Shown in pieces: positions 1 to 8,471 of a DNA stretch of 64,000 nucleotides. The notes beneath the pieces were generated by a model. That model ran no database searches, was not told the origin of the DNA, and worked only from the letters and a program-made list of their open reading frames with translations. This DNA comes from an uncultured Acidobacteriota bacterium. GTDB taxonomy: Bacteria > Acidobacteriota > Terriglobia > Terriglobales > Acidobacteriaceae. Within the stretch, counting starts at the first letter, position 1, and the number at the start of each line of letters is the position of its first letter. The stretch covers positions 47,671 through 111,670 of the forward strand of contig CAVPXW010000012.1 in the NCBI GenBank assembly GCA_963709865.1, given 5' to 3'. Both the position numbers and the translations under genes were made by a program.

Positions 1-416
1 TGTCCCTGTTCGATTCCCTGCTGGGCGCGGCTCTGGGCGCATCGTTCATCTACGGAGCGGGGGCAATTTACCTGCGCTGGCGCGGTATGGAAGGCATGGG
101 CTTCGGCGACGTCAAACTGATGGCGATGGTGGGCGCGTTCCTGGGCATGAAGCTGACGGTGTTTACGATTTTTACCGCGTCGCTGGCGGGATCGCTGTTC
201 GGGTTGACTACCGTTTTCGTAGTGTGGATGAAACGCACGCACCGCTTCATGAAGCGGCTGGCGAATGCGCAGGCGGCGCGGCGGCGGGGATGGCAATCGG
301 CGCAAGTGGTGTACCGCAATTACCAGATGCCGTTTGGCGTCTTTCTGGGAAGCATGGCGCTGGTCGCCTTCTTTTTCGGCAACCGATTCCTGCACTGGTA
401 TGGGGGGCTGTGGTGA
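1..416 (+). CDS. pilD: prepilin peptidase (peptidase A24), 5' end outside window
   Basis: Frame 3 is open from the window edge to TGA 414-416. Translation ...YLRWRGMEGMGFGDVKLMAMVGAFLG... carries the GxGDVKL catalytic-Asp motif of A24 prepilin peptidases, followed by hydrophobic helices. Confidence 0.8.
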   Translation, partial: SLFDSLLGAALGASFIYGAGAIYLRWRGMEGMGFGDVKLMAMVGAFLGMKLTVFTIFTASLAGSLFGLTTVFVVWMKRTHRFMKRLANAQAARRRGWQSAQVVYRNYQMPFGVFLGSMALVAFFFGNRFLHWYGGLW

Positions 417-1324
417 GAATCCTGGGCAACCCGGTGGTGCTGCGCGCGGCGGTGGTGTTGTTCTGCGCGACATTTGCGTTCTTGCTGGGCTTGCTGTTTA
501 TCCGCATGCTGCGGAAAAGTATTGACGAGGAGAGCGACTTTTCGGCCGGAGCCACGCCCTCGTTGGAGACGATGCCCCTGCACCTGTACAGCACGGTGAT
601 CCAGCAACTCAAGCAGCAGAAGCATGAACTGCAGGTGCAATCGAAAGCGGAGCAGCATCGGGCGCGCACCAGCGAGAATTTCAGCCAGGCCGTGCTCTCG
701 AATCTTTCCTGCGGCGTACTGGTGTTCGGAACCAACGGGCTGGTGAAGACGTCCAATCCGTCGGCAAAAGCCATTCTGGGCTTCGCATCGTCCACGGGCA
801 TGAGCGCGGAAGACATTTTCCGCGGCGCCGTAGTGCGCAGCGCGAAGACGGCGGCGCCGGGCGCCTTCCCGGAGGAAGCCGGCGACGAAGCCGTCTGCCT
901 GGCGGACGAGATCAGCGCGGTGCTGCACGAAGGCAGCAAGCGGCGGCAAGTGGAAGCCGAATATGAGACCCCGGCGGGGGAGAAGCGCTTCATCATGGTT
1001 ACGGTATCGGCGGTACCGGCGGTGGATGGCGAACTGCTGGGCGTCGCCTGCCTGATCAACGACCTGAGCCAACTGGAGCAGATCCGGCGCCAGCAGGAAT
1101 TGGATGGCGAGATTTCCGCCGAGATGGCGCTGCAGTTGCGCGCTTCGCTGACCACCATTGCCGGCTATGCGCAACAACTGGCCAACAGCCGCGATCCTGA
1201 ACTGGCGAAGCAACTGGCCACCGACATCGCGAATGAGGCGGCGCAACTGGATCGCAGCATTGGAGGATTCTTGACCACCGCGCGCGCCGCGAAGCAAGCG
1301 GCTGCGGGCGGATCGGCGGATTGA
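410..1324 (+). CDS. membrane-anchored PAS-domain sensor-like protein with a degenerate histidine-kinase dimerisation helix and no ATPase domain
   Basis: GTG starts at 410/413 overlap the pilD stop (GTGGTGA). It has one N-terminal TM helix (VVLRAAVVLFCATFAFLLGLLFI) and a PAS-like block (VLSNLSCGVLVFGTNGLVKTSNPSAKAILGF). The H-box-like helix ALQLRASLTTIAGY (nt 1121-1170) has Leu where the phospho-His should be. The ORF ends about 45 aa later. Confidence 0.65.
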   Translation: MVRILGNPVVLRAAVVLFCATFAFLLGLLFIRMLRKSIDEESDFSAGATPSLETMPLHLYSTVIQQLKQQKHELQVQSKAEQHRARTSENFSQAVLSNLSCGVLVFGTNGLVKTSNPSAKAILGFASSTGMSAEDIFRGAVVRSAKTAAPGAFPEEAGDEAVCLADEISAVLHEGSKRRQVEAEYETPAGEKRFIMVTVSAVPAVDGELLGVACLINDLSQLEQIRRQQELDGEISAEMALQLRASLTTIAGYAQQLANSRDPELAKQLATDIANEAAQLDRSIGGFLTTARAAKQAAAGGSAD

Positions 1325-1404
1325 TCGGAAGGAACGATGAAACTGGCGCGGCGCAATCGGCCGCTCCGGGGAAACAGACTTGAGCTAAGGGAAAAGGTGG
1401 AGAT

Positions 1405-2082
1405 ATGAAACATATCGCATGCACTGCAATGGGACTCGTGCTGTTTCTTGGCGTGGCTGGCCTTTCGGCGAGCGCTCAGAATCCGGCTCCGTCGACGGCG
1501 CAGAACTCGTCCTCCGGCTCGTCGCTGGGCGACTATGCCCGGCAGGTCCGCAAGGATCCCGGCACCAAGGCCAAGCCGAAAGTTTTCGACAACGACAACC
1601 TGCCGCGGGAGGACAAGCTCTCGGTCGTGGGCGTGGCGTCGGCCGCCAGCGACGCATCGGCGCAGTCCAAGGCGCCCGAGCCGCCGAGTGCGCCGGCCGG
1701 CGAAGCCGCAGCGGGAACCGTAGCGAAGACGGCGACGGAAGAGAAAGGTGCGGGCGGCGGCAAGCCTGCTGACGAGGACGCGGTGAAAGAAGCCGCCTGG
1801 AAACAGTGGGGCAACAAGATCGCGTCACAGAACGATCAGATTGATTTGCTGACGCGCGAACTCGACGTGCTGCAGCGCGAATACCAGATTCGCGCCGCCG
1901 CCATGTATGCCGATGCTGGCAACCGGTTGCGGAACTCCGGGGACTGGGACAAACAGGATACGCAATACAAGCAGCAGATTGCCGACAAGCAGAAAGCGGT
2001 GGACGACGCCAAGCAGAAGCTCGACGACTTGCAGGAAGAAGCGCGTAAGGCCGGCGTGCCATCGTCGGTCCGGGAGCCGTAA
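1405..2082 (+). CDS. secreted hypothetical protein (signal peptide, Pro/Ala-rich linker, C-terminal coiled coil)
   Basis: ATG 1405 lies behind GGAAAAGGTGGAG. Signal peptide is MKHIACTAMGLVLFLGVAGLSASAQ. The C-terminal half is Q/K/D-rich heptad-like sequence. No family recognised. Confidence 0.6.
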   Translation: MKHIACTAMGLVLFLGVAGLSASAQNPAPSTAQNSSSGSSLGDYARQVRKDPGTKAKPKVFDNDNLPREDKLSVVGVASAASDASAQSKAPEPPSAPAGEAAAGTVAKTATEEKGAGGGKPADEDAVKEAAWKQWGNKIASQNDQIDLLTRELDVLQREYQIRAAAMYADAGNRLRNSGDWDKQDTQYKQQIADKQKAVDDAKQKLDDLQEEARKAGVPSSVREP

Positions 2083-2105
2083 GCAGAGTAAACGCGGCAA
2101 AGAAT

Positions 2106-2146
2106 GCGACGAGCCCCGGAGCGAGGCTCCGGCGCTCGCTTTTTTC
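2106..2146 (+). terminator. candidate Rho-independent terminator
   Basis: Imperfect GC hairpin CGAGCCCCGGAGC-GAG-GCTCCGGCGCTCG followed by TTTTTT, 24 nt after the stop at 2080-2082. Confidence 0.55.
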
Positions 2147-2159
2147 GGGCGGGTGGAGC

Positions 2160-2330
2160 GTGGCACGGTGAGAGGTCTCGCCTGAGGTTCCAGGGCCGAG
2201 ACGCCCCTTCGGCAAGCTCAGGGCGGGCTCCTGGGACAGCCGGCAGGATGCCGGCGCTACCTTTGGCCGGCGCTACCTTTTTGCCGCGCTACCGGGTTCC
2301 GGCGCTGTGGGATGCGGGCTACCCGATGAG
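2160..2330. repeat. dispersed repeat family B copy (GACAGCCGGCAGGATGCCGGCGCTAC core)
   Basis: The core at 2235-2260 matches 45325-45350 at 25 of 26 nt. GCCGGCGCTACCTTT occurs twice in tandem (2250-2280). It lies between convergent genes and overlaps the 3' end of the DinB-family gene. Confidence 0.5.
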
Positions 2331-2831
2331 TGCGGCCTGGCGCAGGCGCCGCAGTTGCTGCAGATGATGCCGGCCGTGGACCAGGTGAAACTTCCTCCAT
2401 TGTGATCCGGTGAGCGGACCGAGGATGGGGTGGTCCAGCAGCTTACGGCGCGGACCTAGAGCCTGTTCGCAGCGCGCAACGATGTAATCCATCTCAGCGA
2501 TCTTCGGTCCGATCTCGGCCAGCACTTTCTCGGGGGATAGTCCGCGGGGACGGGCGACAGCCGGGGCTTCGCGGCCGGAGGGTAAGTAACCGAACCCCAC
2601 GACCACCAGCGTCCGGCCTCGCTGCGCCCAGGTTTGAGTCGTGGCCAGCGGCTTGCCGGCTGCGGCGACGCGCTCAAATCCCTTTACCGTTCCGGTGTAG
2701 GTCAAATACAGATGCTCCAGAACTTCAGCGGCACACCATTTTCCGGGCGGGTGCCAGCTCAGTTGCTCGGCCGACAGTTCTGCAACCGCCGCGGCAATTG
2801 CATCCTGCAACTTCTGGAGACCAGGGTCCAC
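2319..2831 (-). CDS. DinB-superfamily (DUF1569-like) four-helix-bundle protein
   Basis: 170-aa ORF. The segments SAEQLSWHPPGKWCAAEVLEHL and ...KFHLVHGRHHLQQL show the His-containing helix pattern of DinB/YfiT-like metal-binding proteins. Confidence 0.7.
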   Translation of the reverse strand: MDPGLQKLQDAIAAAVAELSAEQLSWHPPGKWCAAEVLEHLYLTYTGTVKGFERVAAAGKPLATTQTWAQRGRTLVVVGFGYLPSGREAPAVARPRGLSPEKVLAEIGPKIAEMDYIVARCEQALGPRRKLLDHPILGPLTGSQWRKFHLVHGRHHLQQLRRLRQAALIG

Positions 2832-2914
2832 GAGGGTTACTTACCTTTTTCGCCCTTTCAGTTAGAATGTTGCGCGACATTAAAACTCATTCACGTTATC
2901 ACAGGAAGGATGCC

Positions 2915-3691
2915 ATGAAGACGGCTAGCCTCACCCCCACGGAGCCCACCGCGACCACAGCGGAAATGTCGGGAACCGCTTTCTTAACCAGTCGGGATCC
3001 TCGCGGCAAGGATCGCACGGAAGATCGCAGCGAAGATCAACGAAGCGTCCGGAGCAGGAGTTGGTCTGTGGGTTCCTCGGCCGCGCTCGTCATGATGCTG
3101 TTGGCGCTGCTCACCGCATGCTCGTCGGACTCGGGCAAACCGGCGGAGACGGCCAAGCCGGAAGCGAAAGGCCCGGAACTGATCACCGCGCGATCCGCGT
3201 TCCAGAAACTTTATGTAGCGGCACGCGGCTGGAATCAGGATTCGAAGCCTTACCGGTTGGAGTCCACCGCGACCAGCGACGGTAACGGTCACGATGGCAA
3301 GTGGGCGGTGTGGCGTGCCAGTTTCGCATCGCCGGCGCAGCGGTCGGAAAAATCTTACACGTGGTCGGGGAGCGCGGCCGACGGGGCACCGTCGCGGGGG
3401 GTGAATCCCGGAATCGAAGATAGTTACAGCGCGTCGAACTCCTCCACGCAGGTGTTCGATATGGCGTTTCTCAAGATCGATTCGGACCAGGCGTTCGCCA
3501 CCGCGCAGAAACACGGCGGCGACAAGATCCTGGAGAAGACACCCGACACCCCCGTCATCTACGTCTGTGACTGGAACCACAACACCAGTGAGTTGACTTG
3601 GCACGTGATTTATGGGGCGACCCGGGAGGGAGCCAAGCTGACGGTGGCGGTGAACGCTTCGACGGGCGAATTCATCCGGGTGGAGAAGTAG
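2915..3691 (+). CDS. hypothetical lipoprotein
   Basis: ATG 2915 is preceded by AGGAAGGA. This is an internal Met of ORF-track entry 2798..3691. Hydrophobic stretch with lipobox LLTAC|SSD. No family recognised. Confidence 0.6.
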   Translation: MKTASLTPTEPTATTAEMSGTAFLTSRDPRGKDRTEDRSEDQRSVRSRSWSVGSSAALVMMLLALLTACSSDSGKPAETAKPEAKGPELITARSAFQKLYVAARGWNQDSKPYRLESTATSDGNGHDGKWAVWRASFASPAQRSEKSYTWSGSAADGAPSRGVNPGIEDSYSASNSSTQVFDMAFLKIDSDQAFATAQKHGGDKILEKTPDTPVIYVCDWNHNTSELTWHVIYGATREGAKLTVAVNASTGEFIRVEK

Positions 3692-3754
3692 GGGATCTTC
3701 GGAGTTTGCGGAGTTGCTTGGGGAGAGAAGGCGGGAGTCGCGGCGCGGGTGGGC

Positions 3755-4111
3755 TTAGGGGTTCGCGTCTTCCTGGTGGTTGATCTGGGCCTCGATTTGG
3801 GAAAAAAAGAGGTACAGTGCCTGGGCCGAAGTGATGGCACGGCGAAGGACGTGCCGGTCCCCATACGCGACTATGTCCTGCGGAGAATACTGGAGACGCA
3901 CACGGTCGGCGGCGCAGTGCGCGCTCAACAGTTCCACGCCGGCAGCGGCCAGATCCGCCTGGAGGCGGACGACATCAACCTGTTTTCCGGTTCCGTGCAC
4001 GATCGATAACTCCCCAAGTCGTATTCGAGGGCAACGCAGAAGGGTCCCGGGAACCGTATTGGGAGGACTGCCACTAGCGCGGTTCCGGCGGGACCCACCC
4101 TGCGAGGTCAT
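3755..4111 (-). CDS. hypothetical small protein, divergent from the TetR gene
   Basis: 118-aa ORF with G/C-rich third positions. It starts 70 nt from the divergent TetR gene. An overlapping plus-strand ORF (3749..4009) has similar codon bias, so the strand is uncertain. Confidence 0.35.
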   Translation of the reverse strand: MTSQGGSRRNRASGSPPNTVPGTLLRCPRIRLGELSIVHGTGKQVDVVRLQADLAAAGVELLSAHCAADRVRLQYSPQDIVAYGDRHVLRRAITSAQALYLFFSQIEAQINHQEDANP

Positions 4112-4128
4112 CAGTTCTTGCTTTGTAG

Positions 4129-4144
4129 ATACAGTATACGGTGT
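4129..4144. promoter_or_regulatory. candidate operator (imperfect palindrome) in the TetR divergent promoter region
   Basis: ATACAGTATACGGTGT has 12 of 16 positions symmetric around GTATAC. It sits in the only AT-rich stretch between 4111 and 4181. TATACG recurs at 4149-4154. Confidence 0.25.
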
Positions 4145-4180
4145 TAGTTATACGCAGTTCAAGTAATTATTTTTGGCGTT

Positions 4181-4867
4181 TTGGAGGCGAGCGTGCCCCG
4201 GCATCCCGACCCTGACCTGGAACAGCGTATTCTGGACGCGGCCTCGCGCCTGTGGGCGCGCGGCGGCGAAAAGGCGCTCACCATGCGAGCCGTGGCCAAG
4301 GCCGCCGGCACGACCACGCCTACGGTGTACGAGCGCTACCGCGACCGGGGCGACATTCTGCGTGCCCTGCGCCTGCAAACCCGCCGCGAACTGTTTGCCG
4401 CGCTCAGCCGCACGCGCACCCTGCGCGAGGCCATTCAGAGTCACCTCGACTTTGCCCTGGAACACAGTCACGCCTACGAAGTGCTATTCGACGGCGTGGC
4501 CAAGCCGCCTTCCCTGCACGAACCCTGGCCCTCGTTCAACCTGATGCGCGAGCGCGTAGCCAAGCGACTGGGAGGAGGTCCGCGGAAACACACCCGCCTG
4601 ATGCTGGCGGTGTGGTCCCTGATGCATGGTACGGCCATGCTCATCATCCGGGGCGGCTTTGAGGGTGTGCTGCGCACCCAGACCATTCATGCGTGCATGG
4701 ACGCCTGCGACGGCATGCTCGACTCGGCGGCGCGATCGAACAACGCGCATTCGGGGCCGAAGTGGCCGTCCAACCTGATTCTGGGCGAGGGCAAGCAGAG
4801 TCGTCTGGGAAATGGCAACGGCGGCAATCCGAAAAAAAAGTCCAAGGCCCGGAAACTGCCCAGCTGA
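4181..4867 (+). CDS. TetR/AcrR family transcriptional regulator
   Basis: N-terminal HTH ILDAASRLWARGGEKALTMRAVAKAAGTTTPTVYERYRDRGDIL. TTG 4181 or GTG 4193 could be the start. Confidence 0.85.
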   Translation: MEASVPRHPDPDLEQRILDAASRLWARGGEKALTMRAVAKAAGTTTPTVYERYRDRGDILRALRLQTRRELFAALSRTRTLREAIQSHLDFALEHSHAYEVLFDGVAKPPSLHEPWPSFNLMRERVAKRLGGGPRKHTRLMLAVWSLMHGTAMLIIRGGFEGVLRTQTIHACMDACDGMLDSAARSNNAHSGPKWPSNLILGEGKQSRLGNGNGGNPKKKSKARKLPS

Positions 4868-4933
4868 AGGATTTCAGGCCTGCGAGTTGACGCGGGCACA
4901 AGCGCAGCTTCCGATCTCGGGAGCGCTGGCCTT

Positions 4934-5575
4934 TCACTTCGCGGGCTTGGCCTCGGCGGCGGAGCTCTTCAACCGGTCGATCGCCTTCTGGGCTTCTACT
5001 GATTGCGGACCGTGGGGCAGGATCCTCAAGTAGTTCTCGTATTCCTTGCGGGCCTGGTCGGGCTGATCCATCTTCTCCAGGCACACCGCCAGGCGGAAAG
5101 TGGCAACCGCGTCATTGTCTTTGTAGAGTAGCGCCTCGCGGTAGCGGTCCTCGGCGGCACGGTAGTTCTTGCGTTTGAAATAGTAGTCTCCCACCTCAAC
5201 ATCTTTCGCCGCTTTGTGCGGGTCCCAAGGATGGAACTCAGCTACGTCGGGACTGCCCGAGGCGCCGTCCATATCGGTCAACACATCGGAACTCTGGGGA
5301 TGGGTTTTAGCGTCGTTCTCCGGCGGACTCAGGTCGATGACAGTATCTTTGCTCGAACTCTGTCCCGGTTCGTTGTCCAAGTCGTTGGCATTGACGCGAT
5401 CGGACCGTGGCGGCGCCAGACTGGGGGTACGCGGGGTGGCCGCGGGCTTGGAGGCATGGGGCGAAGTGGAATCTGGCGCCTGGGAATTCGCCGGCGCGGA
5501 ATTGGCAGGGGTGGAATTCTGCGCCCACACTGCTATGCTGGATGCGAGCCACAAAACAAAAAGCAAACGGGGCAT
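4934..5575 (-). CDS. secreted tetratricopeptide-repeat protein
   Basis: Signal peptide MPRLLFVLWLASSIAVWAQ, a low-complexity Pro/Ser region, then TPR-like GDYYFKRKNYRAAEDRYREALLYKDNDAVATFRLAVCLEKMDQPDQARKEYENYL. Confidence 0.75.
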   Translation of the reverse strand: MPRLLFVLWLASSIAVWAQNSTPANSAPANSQAPDSTSPHASKPAATPRTPSLAPPRSDRVNANDLDNEPGQSSSKDTVIDLSPPENDAKTHPQSSDVLTDMDGASGSPDVAEFHPWDPHKAAKDVEVGDYYFKRKNYRAAEDRYREALLYKDNDAVATFRLAVCLEKMDQPDQARKEYENYLRILPHGPQSVEAQKAIDRLKSSAAEAKPAK

Positions 5576-5604
5576 AGGATTATTTTACCGCCCTCCGGGT
5601 CGAT

Positions 5605-6462
5605 TCAAACGTGGGCCGCGCGAAACGCCTGCAGGCACTTGCTGGCGGTCTCGATCTCAGAGAATCGACTGCCTTCCTGCTCGACGAGGTAATATTCGAC
5701 CCCACCGACGCTCTCGGCCGCCTGGAAGATACCCTTCCAGTCCGCCACACCTTCCCCGAACAGGACTTTGTAGCCTTTGGCGGGATCCGGCGACCAGTCT
5801 TTACAATGGATGGACCGAATGCGTCCCGGGTTGGCTCGAATCCATGCCACCGGGTCAGACCCCGCCTCCAGGCAAGTTCCCACGTCCAACTGCAACATCA
5901 CGGTGGATTTCGTATTCTTGGCGAGAATCTCGATGGGACGCTGGCCATCGACGGGCGTGAACTCGGCCTGGTGGTTATGGTATCCCGGCTTGAGACCGGA
6001 AGGCTCCAGGGTCTCGGCGGCCGAGTTCAGCGTGTCCGCAACCGCTTTCCAGCCGTCGACGCCTGACTTAGGGTCTGTCCACGCCAAGACGACATACTTG
6101 CTGCCCAGCATCAGGTTCAGGTCGCGGGCGCGGTTGATGTTCTTGGCGAGGAGAAAGTCTTCGTCGTTGTGGGTCGAGTAGCAGCGGATGCCCAAATCAT
6201 CCAGCAATTTACGCATCTGTTTGGCCTGGGCGTCAGTCCACTCGAAGTAGGGAGCGTAGAACTCGACCGCCTGATACCCCATCTGAGCCACGGTGCGCAC
6301 GGTGCCCTGGGGATCCTTCTGGAGGGCATCGCGGACGGAATAGAGTTCCAGTCCGACCGGAATCGAGCTGGCGGCAGCCGCACTCTTGAATGCCCACGGC
6401 AACATCGCTGACATGGCAAGAAACGAACGGCGGGAGAATGGGATGGGAGGCATGGGTGCCAT
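5605..6462 (-). CDS. sugar phosphate isomerase/epimerase (xylose-isomerase-like TIM barrel) with Tat-type signal
   Basis: Twin-arginine signal FSRRSFLAMSAMLPWAFKSAAA. The core GLELYSVRD...MGYQAVEF...GYHNHQAEF...LDVGT...IHCKD follows the AP-endonuclease-2/xylose-isomerase-like pattern. Confidence 0.8.
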   Translation of the reverse strand: MAPMPPIPFSRRSFLAMSAMLPWAFKSAAAASSIPVGLELYSVRDALQKDPQGTVRTVAQMGYQAVEFYAPYFEWTDAQAKQMRKLLDDLGIRCYSTHNDEDFLLAKNINRARDLNLMLGSKYVVLAWTDPKSGVDGWKAVADTLNSAAETLEPSGLKPGYHNHQAEFTPVDGQRPIEILAKNTKSTVMLQLDVGTCLEAGSDPVAWIRANPGRIRSIHCKDWSPDPAKGYKVLFGEGVADWKGIFQAAESVGGVEYYLVEQEGSRFSEIETASKCLQAFRAAHV

Positions 6463-6492
6463 CCTACCGCTTTGCGTGGCTTCGGGCGCAAG

Positions 6493-6626
6493 AAAAAGCT
6501 TTTAACCGCGGAGCTCGCAGAGGATTCGTAGAAAACGCAGCGAGAATCTGCAGCGGGTGTTTATGGCCAGGAGATTTTCTTCGCGAACTCCGCGGCTCTC
6601 TCCGCGCCCTCTGCGGTCAAAGGCTT
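6493..6626. repeat. dispersed palindromic repeat family A, full copy
   Basis: Left arm is AAAGCTTTTAACCGCGGAGCTCGCAGAGG. The right arm, TTCTTCGCGAACTCCGCGG...CCTCTGCGGTCAAAGGCTTT, is its imperfect complement. Same architecture as 17971-18104 and 48213-48356. Confidence 0.6.
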
Positions 6627-6735
6627 TGGCATGCACCTGCCGGGGCGTTTGCAGAAAAAAAAGCAGGCCGCTCAGGGGGAGGTTTGAGCGGCCTGGTTGG
6701 CGAAGTCCTCCGGGGAGGAGGGTAAAGTCTGTTGG

Positions 6736-7479
6736 TTACATCGACGACGGATTGTTCTGGCCGGTGGTGGCTGGCGCAGTCGCGGGCTTGGTGCTGTCGC
6801 CCACGGTGTTGGTCATCAAGCGCACATCCACGCGGCGGTTGTCGGCGCGGCCGGCGGAGGTCTTGTTCGACTCCGCGGGTTTATCTTTGCCGAGACCAAT
6901 CACGTAAATCTTGTGCGCGGGCACGTTGTACTTGGTGGCCAGGTACTGGATCACCGAGTTGGCGCGGCGCTGGCTGAGGTCATAGTTGTAGTCGGCCGGT
7001 CCTACGGAATCCGTGCCGCCTTCCAGAGCAATAATGTAGCCCTTGGTCGAGGCGAGGCTGGCGGCGAGTTGGTCGAGCGCTTGCGTGGCCTGCGGCGTCA
7101 GGTTGTCTTTGTTGAAGCCGAACTTCACCGAGGTCTCGGCGACGGCGTGATAGTTGTCGAGGTTGGCGACGGTGTTGGTCAGCACGCCCACGCGGCCGTT
7201 GGCGGCGTCCGCCATCTGCTGGGCGGAGGCGGCAGTCTGTCCGGCGGCTTGCGCTTTCTGCTCGACGTCGGCCGTCTTGGTATTCACGGCTGCGATGCCA
7301 GCTTGGGCGCGCGCGTCGACGTCCTTGATGTCCTTGGAATTCTTGGCGGTGAGGTCATCGAGTTCGTTGGTCTTGTTGATCAGCGGGGTGGTCTGCTGTT
7401 TGACATAGTTCTTGCTGGCGCATCCGACGGTGGCCACCATGCTGGCTGCCAGGCAAATCACTAACGAAGTGCGGTTCAT
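6736..7479 (-). CDS. OmpA-family lipoprotein (coiled-coil N-domain plus OmpA C-terminal peptidoglycan-binding domain)
   Basis: Lipobox ATVGC|ASK. The C-terminus GGTDSVGPADYNYDLSQRRANSVIQYL...GLGKDKP...AGRADNRRVDV is the OmpA/MotB-like motif set. Confidence 0.85.
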   Translation of the reverse strand: MNRTSLVICLAASMVATVGCASKNYVKQQTTPLINKTNELDDLTAKNSKDIKDVDARAQAGIAAVNTKTADVEQKAQAAGQTAASAQQMADAANGRVGVLTNTVANLDNYHAVAETSVKFGFNKDNLTPQATQALDQLAASLASTKGYIIALEGGTDSVGPADYNYDLSQRRANSVIQYLATKYNVPAHKIYVIGLGKDKPAESNKTSAGRADNRRVDVRLMTNTVGDSTKPATAPATTGQNNPSSM

Positions 7480-7785
7480 AGGGTGAGGCTCCTTGTTTCG
7501 ATCTTTTTATTAGCTTGTGGCGCGCTCCGGGTTGCCCCTGCGCGCGGAACTTCCAATCTTGAGGCCCTGGGGGATCTCTAGTTATTGCTTACTGGGTCCG
7601 CTACTGCTTTTGCACGGCAGATGCCAGTTTTCTGTACTGGGAACGTTCGTGGTAAGTATATACGTTTTCAACGGCTTGCGGAAGGAGAATAGAGGGGTCG
7701 GACCGCCTTACCGGCGGGGGCTGGGACGCAAAGGGCACATAGCGAGTGGAAATTTTATATGGTGGGACTCAGATTGCAGGCCGGC

Positions 7786-8196
7786 CTAGCCGGCCCGGGG
7801 TGGGCACAGGAGCGGAATCGTCTCCCTCTTGTTCCGACGGTACACTCGGAAGTCAACGCTGTCGACCGTGATGACCGTGTGGCGAGGATAGAGTTCACTC
7901 ATGCGAATCAGACACAAATCGGCAAGGTCTGGCTTGCGGTCGGCGTAGCGCCGAGCCAACTCCTGTAACTGGGGCATGTGCCGGGAGCAATCAAACGCCA
8001 CTCGTAACAACTCGTCTTCCACCAGAGCGAGCACATAGGCGCTTGATTCCAGGTGAAAGGCGGCCTCAGCGAGAACAGCCTCGCAAGTCAGGAAGGGTTC
8101 GGTGCTCTGCTTGGCGACGTCGAGAGCCCACTCGTGGTACTCGTCGTTGCGTCGGGCAAAAGCCACGATAAAACCCGCATCCGCGATGGCTTTCAT
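7786..8196 (-). CDS. vapC: PIN-domain ribonuclease toxin (VapC-like)
   Basis: 136 aa. The N-terminal MKAIADAGFIVAF has the first acidic PIN residue, with later acidic residues (E..D). It overlaps the upstream antitoxin by 4 nt (ATGA). Confidence 0.8.
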   Translation of the reverse strand: MKAIADAGFIVAFARRNDEYHEWALDVAKQSTEPFLTCEAVLAEAAFHLESSAYVLALVEDELLRVAFDCSRHMPQLQELARRYADRKPDLADLCLIRMSELYPRHTVITVDSVDFRVYRRNKRETIPLLCPPRAG

Positions 8197-8408
8197 GAGC
8201 GCGAGAATCCCTTGCGCGAAGAAACATTCGAAGGACCGCCACCGATCGCGCCGGCATGGCGCAGGAATCGCTGCTTGCCGGCCGTGGATCTGGCCGCCTC
8301 AAGTTGCTGGCGGATGAGGCGGCCCACCGGAACCCCGGTTTGGCGCGACTGTTCTTTGAGCCATGCCAGAAGCTCTTCTGTAAGACGAATTGTAAGTGTA
8401 TGACTCAT
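8193..8408 (-). CDS. vapB: ribbon-helix-helix (CopG-like) antitoxin (VapB-like)
   Basis: 71 aa. TLTIRLTEELLAWLKEQSRQTGVPVGRLIRQQLE shows the RHH beta-strand and helix pattern. A TACAAT -10-like hexamer sits 8 nt upstream of the ATG on the minus strand (plus-strand ATTGTA 8417-8422). Confidence 0.75.
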   Translation of the reverse strand: MSHTLTIRLTEELLAWLKEQSRQTGVPVGRLIRQQLEAARSTAGKQRFLRHAGAIGGGPSNVSSRKGFSRS

Positions 8409-8471
8409 CTGTCACGATTGTAACACACCCGCACACGCGTCATGATCGACTAAGATTGAATCTTCCCGCTG

